From a virus, in IMG/VR virus record IMGVR_UViG_3300012943_000020, positions 1-37,578 of that record: a stretch of DNA of 37,578 bases; one strand, 5' to 3'. The notes beneath the pieces were generated by a model. It did not search any database, was not told the origin of the DNA, and saw nothing but the letters and a program-made list of their open reading frames with translations. The position numbers and the translations under genes are program-made. Positions 15,630-23,805 of the stretch are shown piece by piece. Each line of letters starts with the position of its first letter. Positions within the stretch are counted from its first letter, which is position 1.

Positions 15630-16061
15630 ATGTTTGATAATGATACGGTTGGTGATTCATTTAATGAGCAAGAATGTTTTTTTGTTGAAAGCGTTAAAGA
15701 GCTTGAGAAGGTAAATAAGCAAATAGCTAAATTGTTGTTGAAAAAAGAAGAGTTAACGCAAGGTATTATAGGTGCATTAGAGCATGAACACGAAGGGCAA
15801 AAGACCTATGAGTATGGCGTGTGGAAAATAGAAGTTAAAACGCCTTTTGTTTATTCATTAAACAAGAAGCTTTATGAATCAGGGGATATTAAGTTACCGG
15901 AGAAATTTAACCCTGTTAAGCAGTCTGTATCGTATTCGATTGACAAGAGACTATGTGATCAATATATGATGGACGCGCCTAAGAAAGTACGTGATGCTTT
16001 GGCAGAATTAATTGATAAAAAGCCAGGGAAAGCAGGAATCACGATCAAGGAGCGAGTGTAA
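15630..16061 (+). CDS. Hypothetical coiled-coil protein (143 aa), first gene of the recombination module
   Basis: ATG after AAGAGG. The TTG start given in the track is actually the promoter -35. Confidence 0.6.
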   Translation: MFDNDTVGDSFNEQECFFVESVKELEKVNKQIAKLLLKKEELTQGIIGALEHEHEGQKTYEYGVWKIEVKTPFVYSLNKKLYESGDIKLPEKFNPVKQSVSYSIDKRLCDQYMMDAPKKVRDALAELIDKKPGKAGITIKERV

Positions 16062-16727
16062 ATGAGCAATACTGTATTAGTAATCGGTCAATCGGGAAGT
16101 GGTAAATCCACTTCTTTGCGAAACCTAGATCCAAAAACAACCTTCATAATTAACGTTTTGGATAAACCCCTACCTTTTAGGGCGTTTAAAAAGAACTTTC
16201 AACCCTACACTAAAGAAAATAAAACGGGTAACTACTACACCACAAACGACTGGTCCCACGTAGTCCGCTGTATTGAAATGGTGAATAAAGAACGTCCAGA
16301 AATAACAACACTTGTGATTGACGATTGGCAATACATCTTGGCCTATGAATTTATGCGACGCGTAGGCGAGAAAGGCTTTGATAAGTTTTCAGAGCTTGCC
16401 AATCACGGATGGTCCACCATTAACGCCTGTTTAGGTACGCGCGCTAACTTAACCAGCTTTATCTTAGCCCATAGTGACGTAGATGCCACAGGCCGTTCAA
16501 AGTGCAAAACAATAGGCAAGATGCTGGATGAAAAGATAACCATTGAGGGCTTATTTACTACGGTATTGCATTCACGGGTTGTTGACGGTAACTATTTGTT
16601 TCAAACGCAGTACGACGGGGAATTTTTGGCAAAGTCGCCTATGGGTATGTTTGAGGAATTTCTTATACCTAATGACTTGCTGGAAGTTAAAAAAGCAATC
16701 GAACTATATTTTAATGAAGAGGAATAA
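16062..16727 (+). CDS. P-loop ATPase, Sak4/AAA_24-like recombination protein (221 aa)
   Basis: Walker A GQSGSGKST and Walker B LVIDD. Size and neighbours (SSB, exonuclease) fit. Confidence 0.6.
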   Translation: MSNTVLVIGQSGSGKSTSLRNLDPKTTFIINVLDKPLPFRAFKKNFQPYTKENKTGNYYTTNDWSHVVRCIEMVNKERPEITTLVIDDWQYILAYEFMRRVGEKGFDKFSELANHGWSTINACLGTRANLTSFILAHSDVDATGRSKCKTIGKMLDEKITIEGLFTTVLHSRVVDGNYLFQTQYDGEFLAKSPMGMFEEFLIPNDLLEVKKAIELYFNEEE

Positions 16728-16729
16728 TC

Positions 16730-17332
16730 ATGAGTTTTTGGGAATCTGAACTAGGTGACGTTACTGGCAACGCAGACGATGCGTTTGCCAAATCGTTTAA
16801 ACAAATACCAAACGACACTATGGCATTGGCTAAGATTGAATCGTTTGTTAATGACGAAAACAAAGAAACAGGCTTTAAGTGCTTGCTGGTTAACTGGTTG
16901 CTAACGGATGGGGATTTTAAGGGCCAAAAGGTCAAGCAAAAAATCAAAGTGTTTGGGGGTGAGCCTCAGTATGATAAAGATCCGGCTAAAACACGTCACC
17001 GCGCTCTTAACATGCTTAAGCTTATGTACCAGCTATTTAAGATTAAGCCAGGTCATGCCGGACCACCAACCGACCAGGATTTAGCTTCATTCGCCAACAA
17101 AGTCGCTGGCATAAAAATAAAAGAAACAGAGCCAAACGCCAACGGAAATCAATTTAACTACGTGGGCGAAATCCATAGCTCAGTAGGCTTTAAGTCGGAA
17201 ACAGGAACAAGCCTTGTAATTACCCATACAAACCCACCTGTTACCCATACCAATCAAGCCCCAAGAGACAGCGCATTTGACCGTCAAAACAATGCTGTTC
17301 CTCAGGATATGGAAGATGATATACCATTTTGA
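16730..17332 (+). CDS. SSB-like protein with a canonical acidic C-terminal tip (200 aa)
   Basis: Ends in MEDDIPF, the bacterial-SSB-type protein-interaction tail. Confidence 0.55.
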   Translation: MSFWESELGDVTGNADDAFAKSFKQIPNDTMALAKIESFVNDENKETGFKCLLVNWLLTDGDFKGQKVKQKIKVFGGEPQYDKDPAKTRHRALNMLKLMYQLFKIKPGHAGPPTDQDLASFANKVAGIKIKETEPNANGNQFNYVGEIHSSVGFKSETGTSLVITHTNPPVTHTNQAPRDSAFDRQNNAVPQDMEDDIPF

Positions 17333-17346
17333 ATAAGTTTTAAACA

Positions 17347-17994
17347 ATGAAAGATAGGTTAACGAAGTTAATTGATAAATATCAGGCGCGGGACGACGAC
17401 GCACCGCGCGATTATATCGGGGCTAGTTCCATAGGCTCCGATTGTTTACGCCAAATATGGTATCAATTTAAGGGGATGAAAGCAGAAAAAGTGCCTACTA
17501 AGTTCAAAAGAACGTGGGCAATTGGTAAAACTCTTGAAAATTTAGTGGTTGAATGGCTCGTTAATGCCGGAGTTTGCGTAGAAAACAACAAACAAACGTA
17601 TTTTGCCACCGATATGCCCTATTTTCAGGGTCATTTTGATGGAATTATTTTAATACGCAAGAAACGTGCCATTTTAGAGATTAAAACGGCAAAAGACGCG
17701 AGTTTTAAGATATTTGCTAAGAAGGGTTTGAGGGTTTGGAACCCACAATATTATGCTCAGATTCAATCGTATATGGGCATGAGTGGCATAGATAGTGCAT
17801 ATATACTTGTACTAAATAAGGATAATAGTGATCTTTCCGATGAATTAGTGACGTTTGACGCTAATTTTTACGAACAGTTGCTAGAAAAAGCCCGCATGAT
17901 ACACGGGGCCAATATACCGCCCCCAAGGGTTGGAAGTAATGCGCTATGGTATCAATGCAAAATGTGTAAGTTTAATAAGGTGTGTCATCAATGA
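17347..17994 (+). CDS. PD-(D/E)XK exonuclease, Cas4/RecB-like, with a 4-Cys cluster (215 aa)
   Basis: GHFDG...LEIK nuclease motifs. One N-terminal Cys plus a C-terminal C-x2-C-x5-C. Confidence 0.7.
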   Translation: MKDRLTKLIDKYQARDDDAPRDYIGASSIGSDCLRQIWYQFKGMKAEKVPTKFKRTWAIGKTLENLVVEWLVNAGVCVENNKQTYFATDMPYFQGHFDGIILIRKKRAILEIKTAKDASFKIFAKKGLRVWNPQYYAQIQSYMGMSGIDSAYILVLNKDNSDLSDELVTFDANFYEQLLEKARMIHGANIPPPRVGSNALWYQCKMCKFNKVCHQ

Positions 17995-18314
17995 AATTTA
18001 ATTATTTATTTGAAGAGCAAAATAACGGTCACTATAAATCGTATCGCCCTTTTAGTTCTAGTGCTGTATTGAGTCAAGAGCAAGTTACTGAATGGTTAAG
18101 TGCAATTCCTGGTGTTGAACGAACGGGCGCGGGGATTGATCACCTTTGCGAAATAATGGAATCCATGAATATTGAATGGGAAATTTTTCATTGTCCTTGC
18201 TGTAGTAAAACAGTTACACATTTGGATGAAAATAAAATATATGGGTTTGTGCGCTCTTGTGAATCAATTGGTATTGCCTGGGTAAAGATTAAAGGTATTT
18301 CTGGAAATTATTAA
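17991..18314 (+). CDS. Hypothetical protein (107 aa)
   Basis: ATGA overlap with the exonuclease stop. Contains a CPCC motif. Confidence 0.55.
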   Translation: MKFNYLFEEQNNGHYKSYRPFSSSAVLSQEQVTEWLSAIPGVERTGAGIDHLCEIMESMNIEWEIFHCPCCSKTVTHLDENKIYGFVRSCESIGIAWVKIKGISGNY

Positions 18315-18332
18315 AAAACAAAAGGAAAAATA

Positions 18333-18752
18333 ATGAGTGAATTACAGATAGATGAAAAATATTTATCCAAGCTTGCTAATAACATGGTGAGCTTGGCGGC
18401 CAACCTGGTTGAAAGCGCGGAAAAATTAACAGATAAAAATCAGCCTGTTTTTGAGCGGTACATGAGTTTTTGTCGCTTACAAATGATTCATGATATTTTG
18501 CCCAAATTATTTGAAAACGGCAGAAAGATGCTTGTTCATGGGCATTTAATTAATCATGAGTTCTTTAAAGGCGAAAAACACAGTGAGGGCGGTTGGGATC
18601 GCTTCGAGCCTGAACATCATCCGTTCTTTGTAAATAAAGAATGCAATCACGACCACGACGACAAAAAAGAAGATTTATTGATGAAAGTACTAGGTGTGGC
18701 CGTTCTTAAGGATTTGGTTGAAAATCTAGGAAAAAAAACAAATAAGGAATGA
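18333..18752 (+). CDS. Hypothetical His-rich protein (139 aa)
   Basis: AAGGAAAAA RBS. Confidence 0.55.
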   Translation: MSELQIDEKYLSKLANNMVSLAANLVESAEKLTDKNQPVFERYMSFCRLQMIHDILPKLFENGRKMLVHGHLINHEFFKGEKHSEGGWDRFEPEHHPFFVNKECNHDHDDKKEDLLMKVLGVAVLKDLVENLGKKTNKE

Positions 18753-19045
18753 ATATGGATGTGTTCAATATCGGTGATACCGTGTTTTATATTTCTTTGA
18801 AGTGCAATGAAATTTCCATTAAAAAGGGGCTTATTTTTTCACTAACAGATCGACGGTTAGGCATTAGAAGTTTTAAAGAAAAACCACGCGTGTTAGCCGG
18901 TATTGGGCATTTAATCCGCATGGTAAGGGATGAACAATATCAAAGTTATGATGATTACGACATAGAATTGAATGAATTGTTCCGAACAAAAGACGAAGCC
19001 ATAGATGAAGCCATAAGAAGGTTAGAGGTATTAAGAAATGCATGA
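18749..19045 (+). CDS. Hypothetical protein (98 aa)
   Basis: ATGA overlap with the upstream gene. Confidence 0.55.
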   Translation: MNMDVFNIGDTVFYISLKCNEISIKKGLIFSLTDRRLGIRSFKEKPRVLAGIGHLIRMVRDEQYQSYDDYDIELNELFRTKDEAIDEAIRRLEVLRNA

Positions 19046-19352
19046 TTTAACACACCATAGGGGAAACGTTCCGGTTGCCCCTACCAAGCACATCATGGAC
19101 GCTCACGAGTTTCTTGTGGCCTTCCTAAATCGTTTTGATGCAGCACAAAGAGGCGGTATTCATGACTTCATGGAAATAGCTCTATTTAATATGGTCAATT
19201 CTGCTATTAAAAATATTGATAGCTATCTACAAACAGGACATAAAGAGGTTAACGCGAAAGAAATAATGGTTATTGTAGCAGATTCATATCAAAAGGTTTT
19301 GGATGGCATTAAACGCAATTTAGAGGGCATGGACAGGGTGAATTTTAGATGA
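19038..19352 (+). CDS. Hypothetical protein (104 aa)
   Basis: Overlapping start/stop with its neighbours. Confidence 0.55.
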   Translation: MHDLTHHRGNVPVAPTKHIMDAHEFLVAFLNRFDAAQRGGIHDFMEIALFNMVNSAIKNIDSYLQTGHKEVNAKEIMVIVADSYQKVLDGIKRNLEGMDRVNFR

Positions 19353-19606
19353 ATCCATTAATAAAGATAGCCGCCCTGTGTTTCCTATTAACGGGGTGCG
19401 GTGACAATCCGTTTTCTGATAATGCGCCGATTAAAGATACTGATTACGCGCAAATAAGGCTTGAAATGGAACGATGTTCACATATAGCCAGTGAGGGAAG
19501 TTTCACGGCAAGTATGCGCTGGTCACCTAAAACAGATTGCTTGAAACACCTAAAAACAAGAATAGTTGCGACTGGAAATAAAACAAATGATGTATTACTT
19601 GAATGA
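19349..19606 (+). CDS. Small lipoprotein (85 aa)
   Basis: Signal peptide MNPLIKIAALCFLLTGC with a lipobox. Confidence 0.6.
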   Translation: MNPLIKIAALCFLLTGCGDNPFSDNAPIKDTDYAQIRLEMERCSHIASEGSFTASMRWSPKTDCLKHLKTRIVATGNKTNDVLLE

Positions 19607-19892
19607 AGATAAAACGTATCGCCAATGTGATGTTGAGGAATGGGGCGGTCAATTTGAAACAATGGTTCGGCACGTGGGCGACGATATGATTGATGGTCAT
19701 CATGTATCAACCGTTTGGCTTGGGCTTGATCATAATCATTTTGGCGGTAGGCCCCTACTATTTGAAACCATGGTTTTTAAAGCCAGAGGGCAAGATATTT
19801 ATATGAGGCGTTATACAACGTGGGAACAAGCCGTTGAGGGCCATAAAAAAGCGGTTCAATGGGTATTAAACGGCTGCAAAGAAGAGGATTAG
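19587..19892 (+). CDS. Conserved-looking hypothetical protein (about 101 aa)
   Basis: ATG at 19587 or 19590. The track start is TTG. The STVWLGLDHNHFG...LFETMVF segment looks like a widespread small phage protein. Confidence 0.55.
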   Translation: MMYYLNEDKTYRQCDVEEWGGQFETMVRHVGDDMIDGHHVSTVWLGLDHNHFGGRPLLFETMVFKARGQDIYMRRYTTWEQAVEGHKKAVQWVLNGCKEED

Positions 19893-19900
19893 CATTACCC

Positions 19901-21661
19901 ATGAAAGAATTAAGGCCGTATCAAAAGGACGCGGTAAATGAATGCTGGAATGCATTAAAGCTCAATGATGAGCCGGTACTATTGATGGCAAGCGTAGGCG
20001 CAGGCAAAAGCCTTATGCTGGCAAATATACTGCTTACCATGCAAAAAGTAGGAAAGCGTGCATTGTGTTTAGTAAACAATGCGGAATTAGTGCGTAACAA
20101 TTGTGCTACCCTCATTGATGAGGGAGGCAAAGCGTCTATCTATTGCGCGGCGTTGCATTCTAAGGATAGTTCAGCACCAATCGTCTTTGGAACGCCTCAA
20201 TCGGTTCTAAACGGCATTAATAAGAAAGACACGATAGCGGACATTAAATTTAATATTATTGTAGTGGACGAAGCCCATGCTATTAATTACCTTAATCACC
20301 GTAGTGCTTTTATGCGTATTTTACGCCACTACAAACAAGAATACCCCGACATGCGCGTGCTGGGTGCTACAGGCACAAATTTTAGATTCAAAGGAGCCTC
20401 TATTGTCGGGGATGATTGTTTGTTTCAATCCCAAGTGGGTAATATCACAACCGAACAATTAATTGAGCAAGATTATTTAATCAACCCGACCTTTGAGGTT
20501 GATCCAAATTTAGTCTTAGACTTTTCACGCGTTAAGATTAAACAAAACGGCCAGTTTGACCAAAAGCAATTAGAATCAGTTATTGAACGCAGCGCACGCT
20601 TAACAGAGCTTATCTGCGATCAGGTCGTTCACATCATGGAAACCCAGAATCGGCGCGGTGTATTTTTCTTTGCAACCACTCGAAAGCACGCCGAAGAAAT
20701 CCTTTCTCATTTACCGATGGGGCAATCAGCCCTTATCTTAGGAGATACACCACAAGACGAACGAACAAGGATTTTAGATGAGGCACGAACCGGAACGATT
20801 CGCTATTTGGTTAATATTGCCATTATTAGCGTTGGTGTTGACGTACCTGGTTTTGACACGATTGCTTATTTACGCCCTACAGAAAGCCTGGTGCTTATGG
20901 TGCAAACTATGGGGCGTGTACTGCGCTTATCGCCACAAACCGACAAAAAAGACGCGTTGGTGTTAGATTTTGCCGGCAATATTGACCGCCACAAAGATTG
21001 GGATAATCCTTTGTTACTTGAAGCGGTGAAGCAAACGATTGATAAAGACAAGCCCCTTGTTATTTGTTGCCCTGAATGCATGGAATTTAATACCGAATTT
21101 GCAAGGCGGTGCGTGGGTAAAGTACCTAAAAAGGACACAGACGGTAACGAGCTTGAAAAAGAGGAACGCTGCGCTTATTACTTTGAATTTAAAGAATGCG
21201 AAAATAAAGTAAAGGATGAGGTTTGCGGGGCAAAAAATGATATTGCAGCCAGATTTTGCCATAAATGTAAATGCGAACTTATCGATCCAAACGCAAAACT
21301 CTCTATGAGCCAGGTACAAAAGAAGTTAATAGAGGTTAATGTATTAACAGCACGCTATAATGTCACTGGCACGCAGAAAGGATTTAGGCTTAATTGCGCG
21401 TACAAATGCCAGGACAGTAACGGGCGTGTTGGTTCTGTGTATGAGCATTTTTCACCGGTAAGCGAAAAGGCTGCACGGGTATTTTATGGGCAATTCGTTA
21501 AGAAGCATTGTGGGGATGATGCATCCAAGTGGTATCCGCATTTAACCAACCGCTTTAAAGTGGAACAAATGTTGCATACCATTAACACCCCTATTTCATT
21601 ATTACTTACTAAGGAACAAGAGCAAATTAAGATTAAGAAAAAGATTTTTCACATAAACTAA
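19901..21661 (+). CDS. SF2 DEAH-box DNA helicase with C-terminal zinc ribbons (586 aa)
   Basis: Motif I SVGAGKS, motif II VDEAH, and C-terminal CCPEC...CHKCKC. ATG at 19901 lies after the upstream stop. Confidence 0.8.
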   Translation: MKELRPYQKDAVNECWNALKLNDEPVLLMASVGAGKSLMLANILLTMQKVGKRALCLVNNAELVRNNCATLIDEGGKASIYCAALHSKDSSAPIVFGTPQSVLNGINKKDTIADIKFNIIVVDEAHAINYLNHRSAFMRILRHYKQEYPDMRVLGATGTNFRFKGASIVGDDCLFQSQVGNITTEQLIEQDYLINPTFEVDPNLVLDFSRVKIKQNGQFDQKQLESVIERSARLTELICDQVVHIMETQNRRGVFFFATTRKHAEEILSHLPMGQSALILGDTPQDERTRILDEARTGTIRYLVNIAIISVGVDVPGFDTIAYLRPTESLVLMVQTMGRVLRLSPQTDKKDALVLDFAGNIDRHKDWDNPLLLEAVKQTIDKDKPLVICCPECMEFNTEFARRCVGKVPKKDTDGNELEKEERCAYYFEFKECENKVKDEVCGAKNDIAARFCHKCKCELIDPNAKLSMSQVQKKLIEVNVLTARYNVTGTQKGFRLNCAYKCQDSNGRVGSVYEHFSPVSEKAARVFYGQFVKKHCGDDASKWYPHLTNRFKVEQMLHTINTPISLLLTKEQEQIKIKKKIFHIN

Positions 21662-21671
21662 AGGATGATTT

Positions 21672-22214
21672 ATGAGCGCAAAGGGAAGTTATGAGTTTGA
21701 TCCATGTACTGTAGATGGTAGTCAAGATGATGAGGAAGTAACGCTTGATACCTGGAAACCCACAATAAGAAATAATAACTTTAGAACCAAAAGCGAATGG
21801 AGACAAAAACAAATTTCAGAAGGTTTGGGTTATATGAATCCTGGGCTTGATGAAATTAAAAAAATTCGTGCCTACCTTAAAAACAGACAATCTGATATTG
21901 AGATAATGGAACAATTCGGAATTAATGCTGATACGCTCTTTGCTATTAAAATGAATCGTTATGATGCGGTCGAAGGGATTATTGACGATCAGGTTTCGCT
22001 TATATTCAAACAATGCAACCTATTAGAAAAACGCATTGATACCATCAAAGAAGATAAAATAAAAGGACTTACCAAAAGCATACAAGAGATTATAAAGCGA
22101 CTCGATTTAATTGATGCCTTTCAAAAACAATCCAAGTCACGCGACAAATCACTTACTGAACGCATTGAACTATTAGAAAATAAGGTTGTCGAGTTATCAC
22201 CTAATTTGACATAA
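21672..22214 (+). CDS. Hypothetical protein with a possible HTH and a C-terminal coiled coil (180 aa)
   Basis: AAGGA RBS. The segment IEIMEQFGINADTLFAIKMNRY looks HTH-like by eye only. Confidence 0.5.
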   Translation: MSAKGSYEFDPCTVDGSQDDEEVTLDTWKPTIRNNNFRTKSEWRQKQISEGLGYMNPGLDEIKKIRAYLKNRQSDIEIMEQFGINADTLFAIKMNRYDAVEGIIDDQVSLIFKQCNLLEKRIDTIKEDKIKGLTKSIQEIIKRLDLIDAFQKQSKSRDKSLTERIELLENKVVELSPNLT

Positions 22215-22276
22215 TAGGCATGACTTTGGCGTGTGTCTTGCGCATATGATATCCACGGATGCCCCCTCAAAGTCAT

Positions 22277-22336
22277 CACAAGGTATCCTAGTGGTTAGGC
22301 GATTAAAATAGGCGGGTTCGATTCCCGCCCTTGTGA
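22277..22336 (+). ncRNA. tRNA-like element lacking an anticodon arm (possible tRNA remnant, decoy or processing signal)
   Basis: 7-bp acceptor stem CACAAGG/CCTTGTG, then T8. D-arm CCT-AGTGGTT-AGG with A14 and G18G19. T-arm GCGGG-TTCGATT-CCCGC. Only 11 nt lie between the arms where about 23 are needed. Confidence 0.4.
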
Positions 22337-22528
22337 TTAAAGTTTAGGAGAATTACTTTTGATTTGCTTATCATCCAACACCCTATCTAGTAGGTCGATA
22401 CACAGACCTAAAATCTTTAGATTGAGAAAATCATTAGCCACAATCAACACATCTTTGAGTAATCGCAAAATATCGGTTAATAGGTTACGTTTAGGTTCGT
22501 TAGCTGGTTTGAATTGTGATGCCCACAT
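22337..22528 (-). CDS. Leu-rich helical small protein (63 aa), a lone antisense-oriented gene
   Basis: ATG 5 nt after GGAGG. It has its own extended -10 promoter. The track start at 22555 is GTG. Confidence 0.55.
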   Translation of the reverse strand: MWASQFKPANEPKRNLLTDILRLLKDVLIVANDFLNLKILGLCIDLLDRVLDDKQIKSNSPKL

Positions 22529-22559
22529 GATAGCCTCCGTGTCTAGTATGGACACTTTA

Positions 22560-22568
22560 ATTATAGCA
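22560..22568 (-). promoter_or_regulatory. Perfect extended -10 promoter TGCTATAAT on the minus strand
   Basis: The plus strand reads ATTATAGCA. It lies about 25 nt upstream of the RBS of the 63-aa gene. Confidence 0.55.
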
Positions 22569-22581
22569 TAAGGTAAAAAAT

Positions 22582-22791
22582 ATGAGTTGGGTTGATGTTA
22601 GAAATTTCGATAATTTGATGAGCGATTATCAAAAAAGCTCAATGGATAGCACACGCATGCCAGGTCTTGGAACTTATATGAAAAAGTTAATAGAACAAAA
22701 TGATAGGATTATAGAGCTACTGGAAAAGACAGTAACTAGCCTTGAGAATATTGAGGTTGAAACACGCGACATTTATAACGCCATAGGCTGA
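22582..22791 (+). CDS. Hypothetical protein (69 aa)
   Basis: AAGGTAAAAAAT RBS context. Confidence 0.5.
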   Translation: MSWVDVRNFDNLMSDYQKSSMDSTRMPGLGTYMKKLIEQNDRIIELLEKTVTSLENIEVETRDIYNAIG

Positions 22792-22794
22792 CAT

Positions 22795-23007
22795 ATGAAC
22801 GAAGACCAAAAAAAAGAAATAATCAGCGGATTAGCCACCAATCCAGAATTTTTAAGCGCCCTATCCATTTGTGAAAGTCAAATACCCCCAAGTGGGCAAA
22901 TAAGGCTTAACGAAATAGCTCTTTGGTTTTTCTCACAAGGATACATAGCGCATATGGAATATTTGGAATCAAAGCCATTTAACTTAAGGCCCTATCAATA
23001 TGAATGA
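22795..23007 (+). CDS. Hypothetical protein (70 aa)
   Basis: ORF in series with its neighbours. Weak RBS. Confidence 0.45.
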   Translation: MNEDQKKEIISGLATNPEFLSALSICESQIPPSGQIRLNEIALWFFSQGYIAHMEYLESKPFNLRPYQYE

Positions 23008-23221
23008 CTTCACGAAAGAGGAGCTTGAGACACTAAACGGCGCAATTATTTGTCACGGTTGCGAAGGGGATGAATTGCATTTGAAAATAAAATCCCTGAT
23101 TGATAACTATTGTGAGCATGAATGGGAAAACATTTGCTGCCAATGTACCTTGGATAAAATTTACTGCCATAAATGCGAAAAGGACATGGGCGATTTAAAT
23201 CAAAGGTATGAAAATGAATGA
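23000..23221 (+). CDS. Cys-rich zinc-binding-like protein (73 aa)
   Basis: CHGC, CCQC and CHKC motifs. Overlapping start with the upstream gene. Confidence 0.5.
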   Translation: MNDFTKEELETLNGAIICHGCEGDELHLKIKSLIDNYCEHEWENICCQCTLDKIYCHKCEKDMGDLNQRYENE

Positions 23222-23224
23222 TGA

Positions 23225-23710
23225 TTAAATTGAATCAAACACATCTTGCGCAGTTTTTCTACCTTTCAGTATATGCTGATTAAGTAAATGCAATCGCTGA
23301 CGATGCAAGCCAAGATTATTTTTTTCGGCTTGCTTGTCTAATTCTTCATGAACTTCATAATGACAATTACTACATAGTAAAATACATTTATCTAATTCTT
23401 TTTTAACAGAATCCCATTTTTTAGTGCCATTTTTATTAGTGTTAGGGTTTCTATCACTAATTGAAAATTCTTTTAATGAGGGATCGACATGATGAAAATG
23501 CATAGAACGCACACATTTATCATATTTGCAACGCTCACACTTACCACCTTTATAATCCAAGCATTTTTTTTTCAAATTTTTTAAAAAAATAATTTGATAA
23601 TCCCTGTCACATAATTTACATTTCCAGCGCGGTCTTTTAATTCCACTTAAATAGTGAGCCGAAATATTGTGCTTATTACAAATCAAGTCACAGCATATTT
23701 TTTCATTCAT
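23225..23710 (-). CDS. HNH endonuclease (161 aa)
   Basis: HFHHVDP...N...CSNCHYEVH HNH motif plus N-terminal Cys pairs. Confidence 0.8.
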   Translation of the reverse strand: MNEKICCDLICNKHNISAHYLSGIKRPRWKCKLCDRDYQIIFLKNLKKKCLDYKGGKCERCKYDKCVRSMHFHHVDPSLKEFSISDRNPNTNKNGTKKWDSVKKELDKCILLCSNCHYEVHEELDKQAEKNNLGLHRQRLHLLNQHILKGRKTAQDVFDSI

Positions 23711-23735
23711 AACATCTCAAAGTCTTATAAAATTA

Positions 23736-23805
23736 TATAATACCACTTGCAACCGGTTATTACAATAATCAGACTTAAGGCCAAATCTGTATGTTTATAA
23801 TACCA
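23736..23805 (-). promoter_or_regulatory. Two copies of TGGTATTATA (minus strand) 60 bp apart, extended -10-like boxes upstream of HNH
   Basis: The plus strand reads TATAATACCA at 23736-23745 and 23796-23805. Confidence 0.4.

Noticed and set aside
22276-22336. The tRNA-like element as an attP core for integration into a host tRNA gene
   Set aside because: I recognise no integrase or excisionase anywhere in the circle. The element also contains both the 5' and 3' tRNA parts, not just a 3' fragment.
22359-22571. Plus-strand 70-aa ORF
   Set aside because: It has a Ser/Arg/Leu-rich, low-information composition and no RBS. It lies antisense to a minus-strand gene that has GGAGG-ATG and its own promoter.
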